60,655 nt of DNA from Myxococcota bacterium. GTDB lineage: Bacteria; Myxococcota_A; Polyangia; Polyangiales; Sandaracinaceae. Both the position numbers and the translations under genes were made by a program. This document shows positions 17,548-26,881 of the stretch, piece after piece (positions within the stretch are counted from its first letter, which is position 1; every line of letters starts with the position of its first letter). The stretch covers positions 1 through 60,655 of the forward strand of contig JAYZQJ010000215.1 of NCBI GenBank assembly GCA_036149055.1. Direction: 5' to 3'. The notes under the pieces are model-generated. The model did not search any database. It saw only the letters and a program-made list of their open reading frames with translations, and had not been told where the DNA came from.

Positions 17548-19161
17548 TTGGCTGCGCTCGCACAAGCGCTGGTCGTCGGCTTCTACGTCGCGATGTTCCT
17601 GGCCCTCGTGTACTTCGTGCACAAGGTCCTCTGGTTCGTGAAGTTCCGCCGGCTCCAGGAAGGGCTGGTCGCCGACGCCGAGCGCAAGGTGCGCGAGGCG
17701 ACGAGCGACGCCCTGAGCGCGTGGGATCGCAGCGCCCACTCCTCGTGGTCCAGCGCCGCCGAGGAGGTGGACGACGACGACCCGGTCGCCTACGCGCGCC
17801 GCCTCGAGGCGCGCCTGATGTCGATGGATCGCGTGCTCATGGAGCGCGACGGCACGGTGCGCGAGTGGTTCCTCGAGCGGCTCGGCGCGAGCCCGAGCGG
17901 AGAGACCCCCGACTCCCTCGCCGTCCTGACGATGCCGCGGGTCGAGGGCGCGCCCGAGGACGTGCTGCTCGAGGTCACCTTCCCGCGCATCAAGCGGCCG
18001 ATGCCGCCCTCCGACGATCTCTACGTGCTCGAGGTGCGCTCGCGCTACGGCTTCTGGCGCCGCGCGCTCGCCTTCGTGCTCGGCGCCGCCGACGTGGTCT
18101 ACAGCTCGAGCCACGTCGCGAAGATGAGCCAGAACGTGCAGGTCCCGGCGGGGGTCATCATCCGGCGGCTCTCGCTGGTGGTCGTGATCCTCGGCGCGAT
18201 CGTGGTCGACATCGCCTTCTCGCTCCGCGCGCGGCTGATCGACCAGGTCGCCGACGCGATGGGGCCGCCCCCCTACTTCCTGGGCGAGGCGCTCGACCCG
18301 CACCTGCCCACGCTCATCGCGCTCGGCGGCTGGCTCGCGGTGTACGGCGCGATCTACTTCGGCCTCTACCTCTTCCTCCGGCGCCGCTCGCAGCGTTACC
18401 TCCGCCGCCTCGAGGTGATGCGCGCCCACCGCCAGGACGACCTCGACGCGATCTACGATCATCACGTCCGCGAGCTGATGGAGTGGGCCGGCGACTACGC
18501 GCGCACCCTCGACGGCGCGGTGGAGATCACCGCGCGACAGGCGCGGCTGCTCCTCGGTCGATCGGTCCGCCGGCTCCGCCGCCGCCTCGCCTCGGAGGAG
18601 CTGCTCGACGTGGGCGAGCGCATCGCGAGCCGCCTCTTCGCGCGCCTGCCCGAGTCGAGCTCGGGCCTTCAGGACGTGGCGACGCGGCACGAGCACACCT
18701 TCCGCCACGCGCTCTGGCCGCGCGTGTCGGAGATGGACTACCAGGTCGAGCTCGCCCGGACCCGCGCCGCCTGGCGCCGCGTCGAGGCCGGCCTCGCGGA
18801 GCTGCGCTCCGAGCGCCCCGACCCCGCCCTCGCGCACGGCCTCTGGCGTCAGCTCGCGGTCATCGCCCGCATGTTCCCCGGCGTCATCGAGGAGGCCACC
18901 CTCGAGGCGCTCGAGGCCGCCTTCGAGGACTCGATCCAGGAGATCGTCACCCGGACCGAGCAGGACCTCGCCGAGCTCGACCGTCGCCTCTCCGAGCTCG
19001 CGGAGGGCCTCGGCGAGCAGCTCGCCGTCTCCAGCTCGCTCCTCGAGACCCAGGTCGAGCTCGGCGAGCAGGCGATGGAGGCGGAGGTGGCCGAGCTCGC
19101 CGCGGAGCTGCTCGAGGTCCGCGAAGGCGCCCGCCTCGAGGCCATGGCCTTCGAGATCTGA
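17548..19161 (+). CDS. Hypothetical membrane protein with coiled-coil C-terminus
   Basis: Long ORF with typical codon usage, three hydrophobic segments and an E/L/A-rich heptad tail. Confidence 0.75.
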   Translation: MAALAQALVVGFYVAMFLALVYFVHKVLWFVKFRRLQEGLVADAERKVREATSDALSAWDRSAHSSWSSAAEEVDDDDPVAYARRLEARLMSMDRVLMERDGTVREWFLERLGASPSGETPDSLAVLTMPRVEGAPEDVLLEVTFPRIKRPMPPSDDLYVLEVRSRYGFWRRALAFVLGAADVVYSSSHVAKMSQNVQVPAGVIIRRLSLVVVILGAIVVDIAFSLRARLIDQVADAMGPPPYFLGEALDPHLPTLIALGGWLAVYGAIYFGLYLFLRRRSQRYLRRLEVMRAHRQDDLDAIYDHHVRELMEWAGDYARTLDGAVEITARQARLLLGRSVRRLRRRLASEELLDVGERIASRLFARLPESSSGLQDVATRHEHTFRHALWPRVSEMDYQVELARTRAAWRRVEAGLAELRSERPDPALAHGLWRQLAVIARMFPGVIEEATLEALEAAFEDSIQEIVTRTEQDLAELDRRLSELAEGLGEQLAVSSSLLETQVELGEQAMEAEVAELAAELLEVREGARLEAMAFEI

Positions 19162-19273
19162 CGAGCGCCCCGTTCGGCGAGGTGATGCGGGAGCGAGCCC
19201 GCCTCCATCGGTCGTGGTGAGTTGCACTGCCGCTGTAGCGGCGTCGCGGCCGAGCTGCTATGGCGTTCGGATC

Positions 19274-21220
19274 GTGCTTCGCTCTCTCTGCATCGCCGCC
19301 TGCCTCCTCGCCTTCGTCCCCAGCGCTCGCGCGCAGCTGATCGTGGTCGATCCCGGTCACGGGGGGCGCGACCCCGGCGCGGTGGGGTGCATGAGCCTGG
19401 AGGAGGCGCCGACGGTGCTGGACGTCGCGCAGCGCACCCAGAGCATCCTCGAGGCCGAGGGGCTCCGGGTGGAGCTGACCCGGGAGGACGACCGCTTCAT
19501 CGAGCTGTCGGCGCGGGCCGCGTTCGCGAACTCGATGGGCGCGGAGCTGTTCGTCTCGGTGCACTCCAACTCGAACGGCGGCACGCCCGCGAGCGGCACG
19601 GAGACCTTCATCGCCAACTCGGCCTCGGGGACCTCGGTGACCATGGGCGGCTACCTGCAGGAGGAGATGATCGCGGCCTGGGGGCTGCGCGACCGCGGCC
19701 TCAAGCGCGCCAACTTCACGGTGCTGACGAGCACCCGCATGCCGGCGGCGCTCAGCGAGATGGCGTTCACCAACCGCTGCGATCCGGACGCGGCGCTGCT
19801 CCGCTCTCCGTCGTCGCGCATGCAGATGGCCCAGGCGCACGCCAACGCGGTGCTGCGGACGCTGGATCGCGAGCCGGGCATGACGACGGGCACGCTCACC
19901 GGCGTGGTCTTCGAGGACGTCGGGGTCGGGCTCGAGGACACCACCCGCCGGCTCGGGGGCGCGTCGGTCGCGACCTCGGGCATGACGCAGACGAGCGCGC
20001 CCGACACCGGCGCGTGGTCGTTCGCGCTGCCGCCGGGCACCTACCGCGTGACCGCCTCGCTCGCCGGCTTCCGCGCCGCGGAGCGCGACTGCGACGTCAC
20101 GCCGGGCGGCACCACCTGGTGCTCCATCGGCCTCGCGCGCGAGGCGGCGCCCCCGGCCGACGCCGGCCCGCCGCCCGTCGTCGACTCCGGCGTGGTCGCG
20201 CCGCCGGACGCCTCCTCGCCCCCGCCCGCCGACGCGGGGGACGTCGAGCGCCCGATGGCCGAGGGCGGCTGCGGCTGCCGCGTCGCCTCCCGTCCGTCCG
20301 GGCTCGGCGGGCTCGCCTTCGTAGCGCTCGCGCTCCTCGCGCTCGGTCGACGTCGACGTCGCTCGGGCCCTCGCGCGGGCGCGCCGTTTCTGATGGCGCT
20401 GGTCGCGCTCGCGGTGGGCTGCGGCACCCCGGCCACGCCCGAGGCCGCCCCGCTCGGTGAGGTCGCGCCCGCGGAGACCGTCTTGGGTCGGGAGGTCGCC
20501 GCGCCGCTTCTCACCCTCGGTCCCGCCCGCCCGGTGGCCGAGGGGCTGACCGCGCCCGTGCTCTCGCCCGACGGAACCTTGCTCGCGGTGTCGAACGAGC
20601 GGCGCGACGAGCTCCACCTGCTCGACCTCGAGCGCGGCACGATCGAGGCGGTCGCCCAGGGCCCGCGCGTCGGCTACCGCCCGGAGCTCGCCGGCCGGAC
20701 CCTCCGCTACCGTCACGCTCAGCAGTCCCCGACCGCCGTGCCCCATCACGAGGTCGCGCTCCCCCGCGACGTCGGCGGCGAGGCGCGCCACGGCCTGCGC
20801 GTCCGGCTCGACGACGCGCACCACGTCTGGCTGCGTGCGCCCGGCGGCGAGGAGCGCCGGGTCTCGCCGGACGGAGATCGGTACCTCGAGCCGTCGATCT
20901 CGCCCGATGGTCGGCACGTCGTCTTCTGGGGCATGGCCACCGGCCTGTTCCTCCACCGGGTCGCGGACGGCGCCCTGGTGGAGCTCGGGGCGGGGAGTCA
21001 CCCGCGCTTCTCGGCCGACGGCGCCTGGCTGGTGTTCGAGCGCACCGAGGACGACGGACACGTCATCGTGGCGAGCGATCTCCATGTGGTCGAGCTCGCG
21101 ACCTACCGCGTCGCGCCCCTCACCCGGACCGAGGACCGCATCGAGCGCATGCCCTCGATGGCCGGCGGCCTCGTCGCCTTCGCCACCCCCGAAGGCGTCC
21201 TCGTCGCTCCGCTGCGTTGA
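19274..21220 (+). CDS. N-acetylmuramoyl-L-alanine amidase (Amidase_3) with beta-sandwich, internal MYXO-CTERM, lipobox and TolB/PD40-like propeller
   Basis: VVDPGHGGRDPGA, LFVSVHSN, PAALSEMAF, GGCGCRV-TM-RRRRR, LAVGC, then PVLSPDG / PSISPDG / PRFSADG repeats. Confidence 0.85.
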   Translation: MLRSLCIAACLLAFVPSARAQLIVVDPGHGGRDPGAVGCMSLEEAPTVLDVAQRTQSILEAEGLRVELTREDDRFIELSARAAFANSMGAELFVSVHSNSNGGTPASGTETFIANSASGTSVTMGGYLQEEMIAAWGLRDRGLKRANFTVLTSTRMPAALSEMAFTNRCDPDAALLRSPSSRMQMAQAHANAVLRTLDREPGMTTGTLTGVVFEDVGVGLEDTTRRLGGASVATSGMTQTSAPDTGAWSFALPPGTYRVTASLAGFRAAERDCDVTPGGTTWCSIGLAREAAPPADAGPPPVVDSGVVAPPDASSPPPADAGDVERPMAEGGCGCRVASRPSGLGGLAFVALALLALGRRRRRSGPRAGAPFLMALVALAVGCGTPATPEAAPLGEVAPAETVLGREVAAPLLTLGPARPVAEGLTAPVLSPDGTLLAVSNERRDELHLLDLERGTIEAVAQGPRVGYRPELAGRTLRYRHAQQSPTAVPHHEVALPRDVGGEARHGLRVRLDDAHHVWLRAPGGEERRVSPDGDRYLEPSISPDGRHVVFWGMATGLFLHRVADGALVELGAGSHPRFSADGAWLVFERTEDDGHVIVASDLHVVELATYRVAPLTRTEDRIERMPSMAGGLVAFATPEGVLVAPLR

Positions 21221-21409
21221 GTGACGCCCGGCCGGCTGCTCGCTTCGTCTTGGGGGAAATTACTCTCGCAAAGCCGCGAAGCCGCAAAGGGGCTGGCGGG
21301 CCGCGGGGTGGAGGCTCGCCACCGCTCGGCATGCTGCTCGTTCTTCGAGGCTGCTTGGTCCTCAGTGGTTTCTCGCAGAGGCGCAGAGGCGCAGAGAAGG
21401 GGGGCGGCA

Positions 21410-21830
21410 GCACTCGCGGCCCCCACTCGCGGGAAGCGAGGAAGGTAGGAAGCGAGGAGCGAGCAGTGGGGGCACGCCACGGCGGCTCGCCCGGGCTCGG
21501 CTGGCACGCCGCCCCTCGGCACACCGGTCGGCGGCGTCGAATCCAGGGAGATGGGAGGGGGGAGGCGAGGAGAGATCAGCTGGTCGAGTTGCGACGCTAC
21601 CCGCCGGCCAGCCCTCTCACCCACCGCACTCGCGGTCCCCCACTCGCGGGAAGCGAGGAAGGTCGGAAGCGAGGAGCGAGCAGATGGGGGCACGCCACGG
21701 CGGCTCGCCCGGGCTCGGCTGGCACGCCGGCCCTCGACACACCGGTCGGCCGCGCCGAGCTTCAGGGGAGATGGGAGGGGGGAGGCGAGGAGAGATCAGC
21801 TTGCCGAGCCGCGACTCCACCCGGCGACCC
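21410..21830 (+). repeat. ~216-bp tandem duplication of purine-rich REP-like units, family C
   Basis: GCACTCGCGG..CCCCACTCGCGGGAAGCGAGGAAGGT starts at 21410 and 21626. A partial inverted copy lies at about 21885-21965. Confidence 0.85.
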
Positions 21831-22045
21831 GCGGGCCGGCCCGCCATCCCCCCGCCCAGTCCAGCCCGTGTCGCGCAGCGACACTTCCTCCCGTCTCCCC
21901 CCTCCCCCTCTCCCCCATTTTGCCGTCCTCTCCTTCCTCGTTTCCGACCTTCCTCCCTTCCCCGGAGTAGGAGCGGCCGAGCCGAGCTCGGGCGGGGTGG
22001 AGGTACGCCGGGGCGTCTCCCGCGAGTGGCGGATGTCGTGGGAGG

Positions 22046-23635
22046 TCAGCGATCCCAGAGGGCGCACGCCTCGACGTCGGCGGCGGCCCCGGGCTCCACG
22101 GTGCGGTCGAGGCGGAGGTGGGTCTCGGCGGCGTCGAAGGTCGGCCAGTCGATCGAGGCGCCGCTCGCGAACCCCGTCCAGAGGCCGGACATCGCCTCGC
22201 TGAGCGCCCGGTCGTCGCCGGTGAAGCGGTCGCGGCCGATCATCGAGGGGTGGCCGAAGACGTACTGGATCTCGGCGGAGTGGAAGGCGCCGAGGTCGCG
22301 CTCGGTGGGGAGCTGGAAGCCGGCGTCGGGGTAGGTGAAGTGGTAGACGCGGGTCTCCACGCCGGCGTCGCGCAGCAGCAGGGCGGCGCGCCGCGAGGGG
22401 CAGGCGAGGGTGGCGTGGCCGATGACCGCGGCCGCCGCCGCGCCGGGGTCGGGGTAGTCGGCGAGCGGGTACTGGGCGAAGACGTCGTCGGCGGAGACGC
22501 CGCTCCGGGCGGCGATGCCGCGGACCACCTCGTCGTAGGCCGCCTCGTCGGCGACCTGGCCCGCCTGCTCGGCCAGCATCACGAAGAGGGTGCCCTCGTC
22601 GGCGTTCCACCCGATCACCGTCGGCACGTCGACGAAGGCGCCGGCCTCCACCCGGGCGCGGAAGTCGCCGGTCAGCACCCGGTCGTCGACGATCGGCCAC
22701 CAGGCGCGCTCGGCCGCGACCTCTCCGAACGGATCGGCGCCGGCCCCGTCGGCGGCCGTGATGTCCTCGACGCTGGCCGCGCGCAGGCACTCGACGTCGG
22801 CGCAGGAGAGCGCGTCGCCGAAGGTCGCGCCCTTGGCCTCGGCCGCGGCGAGGGTGTCGAGCGCGCTGTCGCAGAGGCCGCTCTGGCTGATCGCGCGATG
22901 GAAGAGGCCCTCGCTCGCCGGGGAGATCAGGTGGGCGCAGACGCTGAGCCCGCCCGCGGACTCGCCGAAGATCGTCACGTCGCCCGGGTCGCCGCCGAAC
23001 GCCGCGATGTTGTCCTGCACCCACTCGAGCGCCGCGCGCTGGTCCATGAGGCCGTAGTTGCCGCTCGCCCCCTGCTCCGCGGTCAGCGCCGGGTGGGCGA
23101 GGAACCCGTAGGGCCCGAGCCGGTAGTTCATGCTCACCACCACCACCCCGTGCTCCGCCGCCAGCCGATCGCCCGCCGTGCCCTCGTCGGTCTGCAGGCC
23201 CTCGCCGAAGAGGAAGGCGCCGCCGTGGATCCAGACCATCACCGGCGCGCCCTCGGGGCGCGGATCCGGGGTGTGCACGTTGAGGTAGAGGCAGTCCTCC
23301 TGGCTCGGCAGCTCCAGCCCGAGGGCCTCCTGCACGCAGCGCGGCGGGCGGCTCGTCGCGGCGCGGGGCTCGGTCCACGCGTCCGGCGGCTCGGGCGGGG
23401 CCCACCGCAGCGCGCCGACCGGAGGCTTCGCGTAGGGGACGCCGAGGAAGGCCTGGTGGCCGGGGCCGCGTCGCCCCTCGATCGGCCCGAGCGTCGTCTC
23501 CACCCGAGGGGCGTCGGGCGCGCGCGCGTCGACCGGCGGCGGCCCGGCGTCGTCGTCCGTGGGGAGGGGCTCTCCGTCACACGCGACGGCGCCGATCATG
23601 GCGAGAAGGAGCGAGAAGCGCGGAAGCGAACGCAT
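22046..23635 (-). CDS. Carboxylesterase type B, lipoprotein
   Basis: FLGVPYAKPPVGALRW, EDCLYLNV, WIHGG, GESAG nucleophile, FHSAEI; GAVAC lipobox. Confidence 0.95.
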   Translation of the reverse strand: MRSLPRFSLLLAMIGAVACDGEPLPTDDDAGPPPVDARAPDAPRVETTLGPIEGRRGPGHQAFLGVPYAKPPVGALRWAPPEPPDAWTEPRAATSRPPRCVQEALGLELPSQEDCLYLNVHTPDPRPEGAPVMVWIHGGAFLFGEGLQTDEGTAGDRLAAEHGVVVVSMNYRLGPYGFLAHPALTAEQGASGNYGLMDQRAALEWVQDNIAAFGGDPGDVTIFGESAGGLSVCAHLISPASEGLFHRAISQSGLCDSALDTLAAAEAKGATFGDALSCADVECLRAASVEDITAADGAGADPFGEVAAERAWWPIVDDRVLTGDFRARVEAGAFVDVPTVIGWNADEGTLFVMLAEQAGQVADEAAYDEVVRGIAARSGVSADDVFAQYPLADYPDPGAAAAAVIGHATLACPSRRAALLLRDAGVETRVYHFTYPDAGFQLPTERDLGAFHSAEIQYVFGHPSMIGRDRFTGDDRALSEAMSGLWTGFASGASIDWPTFDAAETHLRLDRTVEPGAAADVEACALWDR

Positions 23636-23730
23636 GGACGGGAGCATAGCGCCACGGTCGTGCCGTGCGCTCCGGCGCCGGGTGGTGCATCGCGCCTCGT
23701 TCATTCCTGCAACGAGCCCGGTCGAGGCGG

Positions 23731-23747
23731 TCGGCACGCCCGATGCG
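23731..23747 (+). promoter_or_regulatory. Putative sigma54 promoter
   Basis: TCGGCACGCCCGATGCG has GG-N10-GC with GGCACG, placed so the transcript starts just before the RBS of 23771. Confidence 0.5.
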
Positions 23748-23770
23748 TTGGATCGGGGCGGAGCATCACC

Positions 23771-23926
23771 ATGAAAGCCCTCATTCGAACCCGCAGATAT
23801 CTCATCGCCGGCTTGATCGCCCTGTCGCCGCTCGCGGCCATGGAGACGGTCGCCCAGGACGCCGAGCCCGAAGCCCGCGTGGTCCACCTGGAGAAGCAGC
23901 ACACCCTCGCTCAGGCCGCTCATTGA
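23771..23926 (+). CDS. 51-aa putative secreted small protein
   Basis: GGAG RBS; MKALIRTRRYLIAGLIALSPLAA signal-like sequence. Not listed as a separate ORF in the track. Confidence 0.6.
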   Translation: MKALIRTRRYLIAGLIALSPLAAMETVAQDAEPEARVVHLEKQHTLAQAAH

Positions 23927-23935
23927 CCGCTCGCG

Positions 23936-23951
23936 CTGTCCGCTTGTTCAG
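23936..23951 (+). promoter_or_regulatory. Putative LexA (SOS) box upstream of uvrA
   Basis: CTGTCCGCTTGTTCAG has the same CTG-N7-GTTCAG pattern as the imuA and dnaE2 boxes. Confidence 0.78.
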
Positions 23952-23986
23952 TGGCCGGAGCGTGCTAGCTCATCGTCCCCCGGAGG

Positions 23987-26848
23987 ATGATGACCCGCAC
24001 CCGCAAGCGAAAGGCCCGGCAGAACGGCGCGAGCGAGCTCGACCGGATCGAGATCGTCGGCGCCCACGAGCACAACCTGTCGGTCGACGCCCTCGAGCTA
24101 CCCAAGCGCGCGCTCGTGGTCTTCACCGGGGTGAGCGGCTCGGGGAAGTCGTCCCTGGCCTTCGACACCCTGTTCGCCGAAGGTCAGCGCCGCTACGTCG
24201 AGAGCCTCAGCGCGTACGCGCGGCAGTTCCTCGGACGCCTCGAGCGCCCCGACGTGGAGCGCCTCCGCGGCCTCTCGCCGACCATCGCCATCGAGCAGAA
24301 GAGCGCCTCGAGCAACCCGCGCTCGACCGTCGGCACCATCACCGAGATCTACGACTACCTCCGCGTGCTCTACGCGCGCGCCGGCGTCCAGCGCTGCCAC
24401 CACTGCGGCAAGGTCGTCCGAGGCCAGAGCGCCGAGGAGGTCGCCCGCGAGGTGGCCTCGCTCCCCGAGGGCACCCGGCTGACCTTGCTCGCGCCGCTCG
24501 TGAAGCACCGCAAGGGCGAGTTCAAGGACGTCTTCGAGCGCCTCGCGGCCGGCGGCTTCGCGCGGGTCCGGGTCGACGGAGAGGTGCACCGGCTCGACGA
24601 GGTCCCCGCGCTCGACAAGCGCAAGAAGCACGACGTCGAGGTCGTGGTCGACCGGGTCGTGGTGCGGGCCGACGACCGCGCGCGCCTGACCGAGAGCGTC
24701 GAGCTCGCGCTCCGCGAGGGGCAGGGAGAGGCGCTCGCGCAGATCGAGGGCGGGGAGCTGCTGGCGTTCAGCGAGCACCGCACCTGCTGCGGTCACTCGT
24801 TCCCCGAGCTGAGCCCGCAGAGCTTCTCGTTCAACAGCCCGCTCGGCATGTGCGCGGCCTGCAACGGGCTCGGCACCATCAACGCGATCGACCCCGACCT
24901 GGTCATCGCCGACCGCAAGCTCAGCATCCGTGAGGGCGCGATCGCGCCGTGGGCCAACTCGATGGAGCGGGGGGAGGGCTGGCGCTACCGCATCGTGAAG
25001 GCGATGAGCGAGGCCTGCGACGTCGACCTGGACGTCCCCTTCGAGAAGCTGCCGAAGAAGAAGCAGAAGCTCGTGCTCTTCGGCATCGAGGAGCGCATCG
25101 ACGTCTCCTGGGAGAACGATCGCACCGGCAGCCGCGGCAACTTCGCGGTGAAGTTCGAGGGGGTGCTCAACCTGCTCGAGCGGCGCATGAAGGACACCAC
25201 CAGCGACCGGATGCGCGAGCAGTACCTGAAGTACTTCTCGGAGCAGAAGTGCAAGCAGTGTCGCGGCCGGCGCCTCCGCGCCGAGAGCCTCGCCGTCGAC
25301 CTGGCCGGCCAGGGCATCGCGGACGTCGGCGGCATGACGGTCGCGGACGCGGCGGCGCACTTCGACGGCATCGAGCTCCAGGGCAACGCGGCCAAGATCG
25401 CCAGCGGCGTGCTGCGCGAGGTCCGGAGCCGCCTCCGCTTCCTGCTCGACGTCGGGCTCGACTACCTGACCCTCGATCGCTCCGGGCCGACGCTCAGCGG
25501 CGGCGAGGCCCAGCGCATCCGGCTCGCGAGCCAGCTCGGCAGCGAGCTGAGCGGCGTGATGTACGTGCTCGACGAGCCGAGCATCGGCCTCCACCAGCGC
25601 GACAACCAGCGGCTGATCGCGACCCTCGAGGGCCTCCGCGACCTCGGCAACACCGTGATCGTGGTCGAGCACGACGAGGAGACCATCCGCAAGGCGGACC
25701 ACGTGGTCGACTTCGGGCCCGGCGCCGGTCAGCGCGGCGGCGAGGTGATGTTCAGCGGCACGCCCAAGCAGCTGCTGCGCAGCAAGCGCTCGATCACCGG
25801 CCAGTACCTCTCGGGCAAGCGCCGCATCGAGATCCCGGACCGGCGCCGCGCGCCGGAGGGCTGGATCACCGTGCGCGGCGCCCGCGAGAACAACCTGCGC
25901 GGCGTGGACGTGGCGCTCCCGCTCGGGTGCCTGGCGGCGGTGACGGGGGTCAGCGGCGCCGGCAAGAGCTCGCTGGTCAACGGCATCCTGCTCCCGTCGC
26001 TCTCGCGCACCCTGCACCACGGCAGCGATCGGGTCGGGGCGCACGACGGCATCGACGGGCTCGAGGCGCTCGACAAGGTCATCGCCATCGACCAGAAGCC
26101 GATCGGCCGGACCCCGCGCAGCAACCCGGGCACCTACACCAAGGCGTTCGACGAGATCCGGAGCATCTTCGCGCAGCTGCCCGAGGCGCGCGCGCGCGGC
26201 TGGAGCCCCGGCCGCTTCAGCTTCAACGTCAAGGGCGGTCGCTGCGAGGCGTGCAGCGGCGACGGCGTCGTGCGCGTCGAGATGCACTTCCTCAGCGACG
26301 TCTACGTCCCGTGCGAGGTCTGTCAGGGGCGCCGCTACAACGCCCAGACCCTCGCGGTCCGTTACAAGGGCAAGAACATCGCCGACGTGCTCGAGACGAG
26401 CGTCGACGAGTGCGCGGAGCTCTTCTCGAGCTACCCGCGCCTCAGCCGGGTGCTCGAGACCCTGGTCGACGTCGGGCTCGGCTACATCCACGTCGGCCAG
26501 CCCGCGCCGACGATGAGCGGCGGCGAGGCCCAGCGCGTGAAGCTCAGCCGCGAGCTCGGCAAGAAGCAGACCGGCCGCACCCTCTACGTGCTCGACGAGC
26601 CGACGACCGGCCTGCACTTCGAGGACATCCGCAAGCTGCTCGCGGTGCTGCAGCGGCTCGTGGACGGCGGCAACACGGTGGTGGTGATCGAGCACAACCT
26701 CGACGTCATCAAGTGCGCCGACTGGGTCGTCGATCTGGGCCCCGAGGGCGGCGCCGGCGGGGGCCGCGTGGTCGCGAAGGGCACCCCCGAGAAGGTCGCG
26801 AAGTCCAAGCGCTCCCACACGGGTCGCTTCCTCCGCGATCTCCTGTGA
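23987..26848 (+). CDS. uvrA: Excinuclease ABC subunit A
   Basis: GAHEHNL, GVSGSGKSSLAFDT, two LSGGEAQR-type signatures, zinc fingers, DEPTTGLH. Confidence 0.98.
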   Translation: MMTRTRKRKARQNGASELDRIEIVGAHEHNLSVDALELPKRALVVFTGVSGSGKSSLAFDTLFAEGQRRYVESLSAYARQFLGRLERPDVERLRGLSPTIAIEQKSASSNPRSTVGTITEIYDYLRVLYARAGVQRCHHCGKVVRGQSAEEVAREVASLPEGTRLTLLAPLVKHRKGEFKDVFERLAAGGFARVRVDGEVHRLDEVPALDKRKKHDVEVVVDRVVVRADDRARLTESVELALREGQGEALAQIEGGELLAFSEHRTCCGHSFPELSPQSFSFNSPLGMCAACNGLGTINAIDPDLVIADRKLSIREGAIAPWANSMERGEGWRYRIVKAMSEACDVDLDVPFEKLPKKKQKLVLFGIEERIDVSWENDRTGSRGNFAVKFEGVLNLLERRMKDTTSDRMREQYLKYFSEQKCKQCRGRRLRAESLAVDLAGQGIADVGGMTVADAAAHFDGIELQGNAAKIASGVLREVRSRLRFLLDVGLDYLTLDRSGPTLSGGEAQRIRLASQLGSELSGVMYVLDEPSIGLHQRDNQRLIATLEGLRDLGNTVIVVEHDEETIRKADHVVDFGPGAGQRGGEVMFSGTPKQLLRSKRSITGQYLSGKRRIEIPDRRRAPEGWITVRGARENNLRGVDVALPLGCLAAVTGVSGAGKSSLVNGILLPSLSRTLHHGSDRVGAHDGIDGLEALDKVIAIDQKPIGRTPRSNPGTYTKAFDEIRSIFAQLPEARARGWSPGRFSFNVKGGRCEACSGDGVVRVEMHFLSDVYVPCEVCQGRRYNAQTLAVRYKGKNIADVLETSVDECAELFSSYPRLSRVLETLVDVGLGYIHVGQPAPTMSGGEAQRVKLSRELGKKQTGRTLYVLDEPTTGLHFEDIRKLLAVLQRLVDGGNTVVVIEHNLDVIKCADWVVDLGPEGGAGGGRVVAKGTPEKVAKSKRSHTGRFLRDLL

Positions 26849-26881
26849 CCTCGCTTGTGACCTGGTCATGCCCCGGCGCGG

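Noticed and set aside
21103..22334. ORFs across the repeat block
   Set aside because: They are low-complexity translations of the repeats with no recognisable domain.
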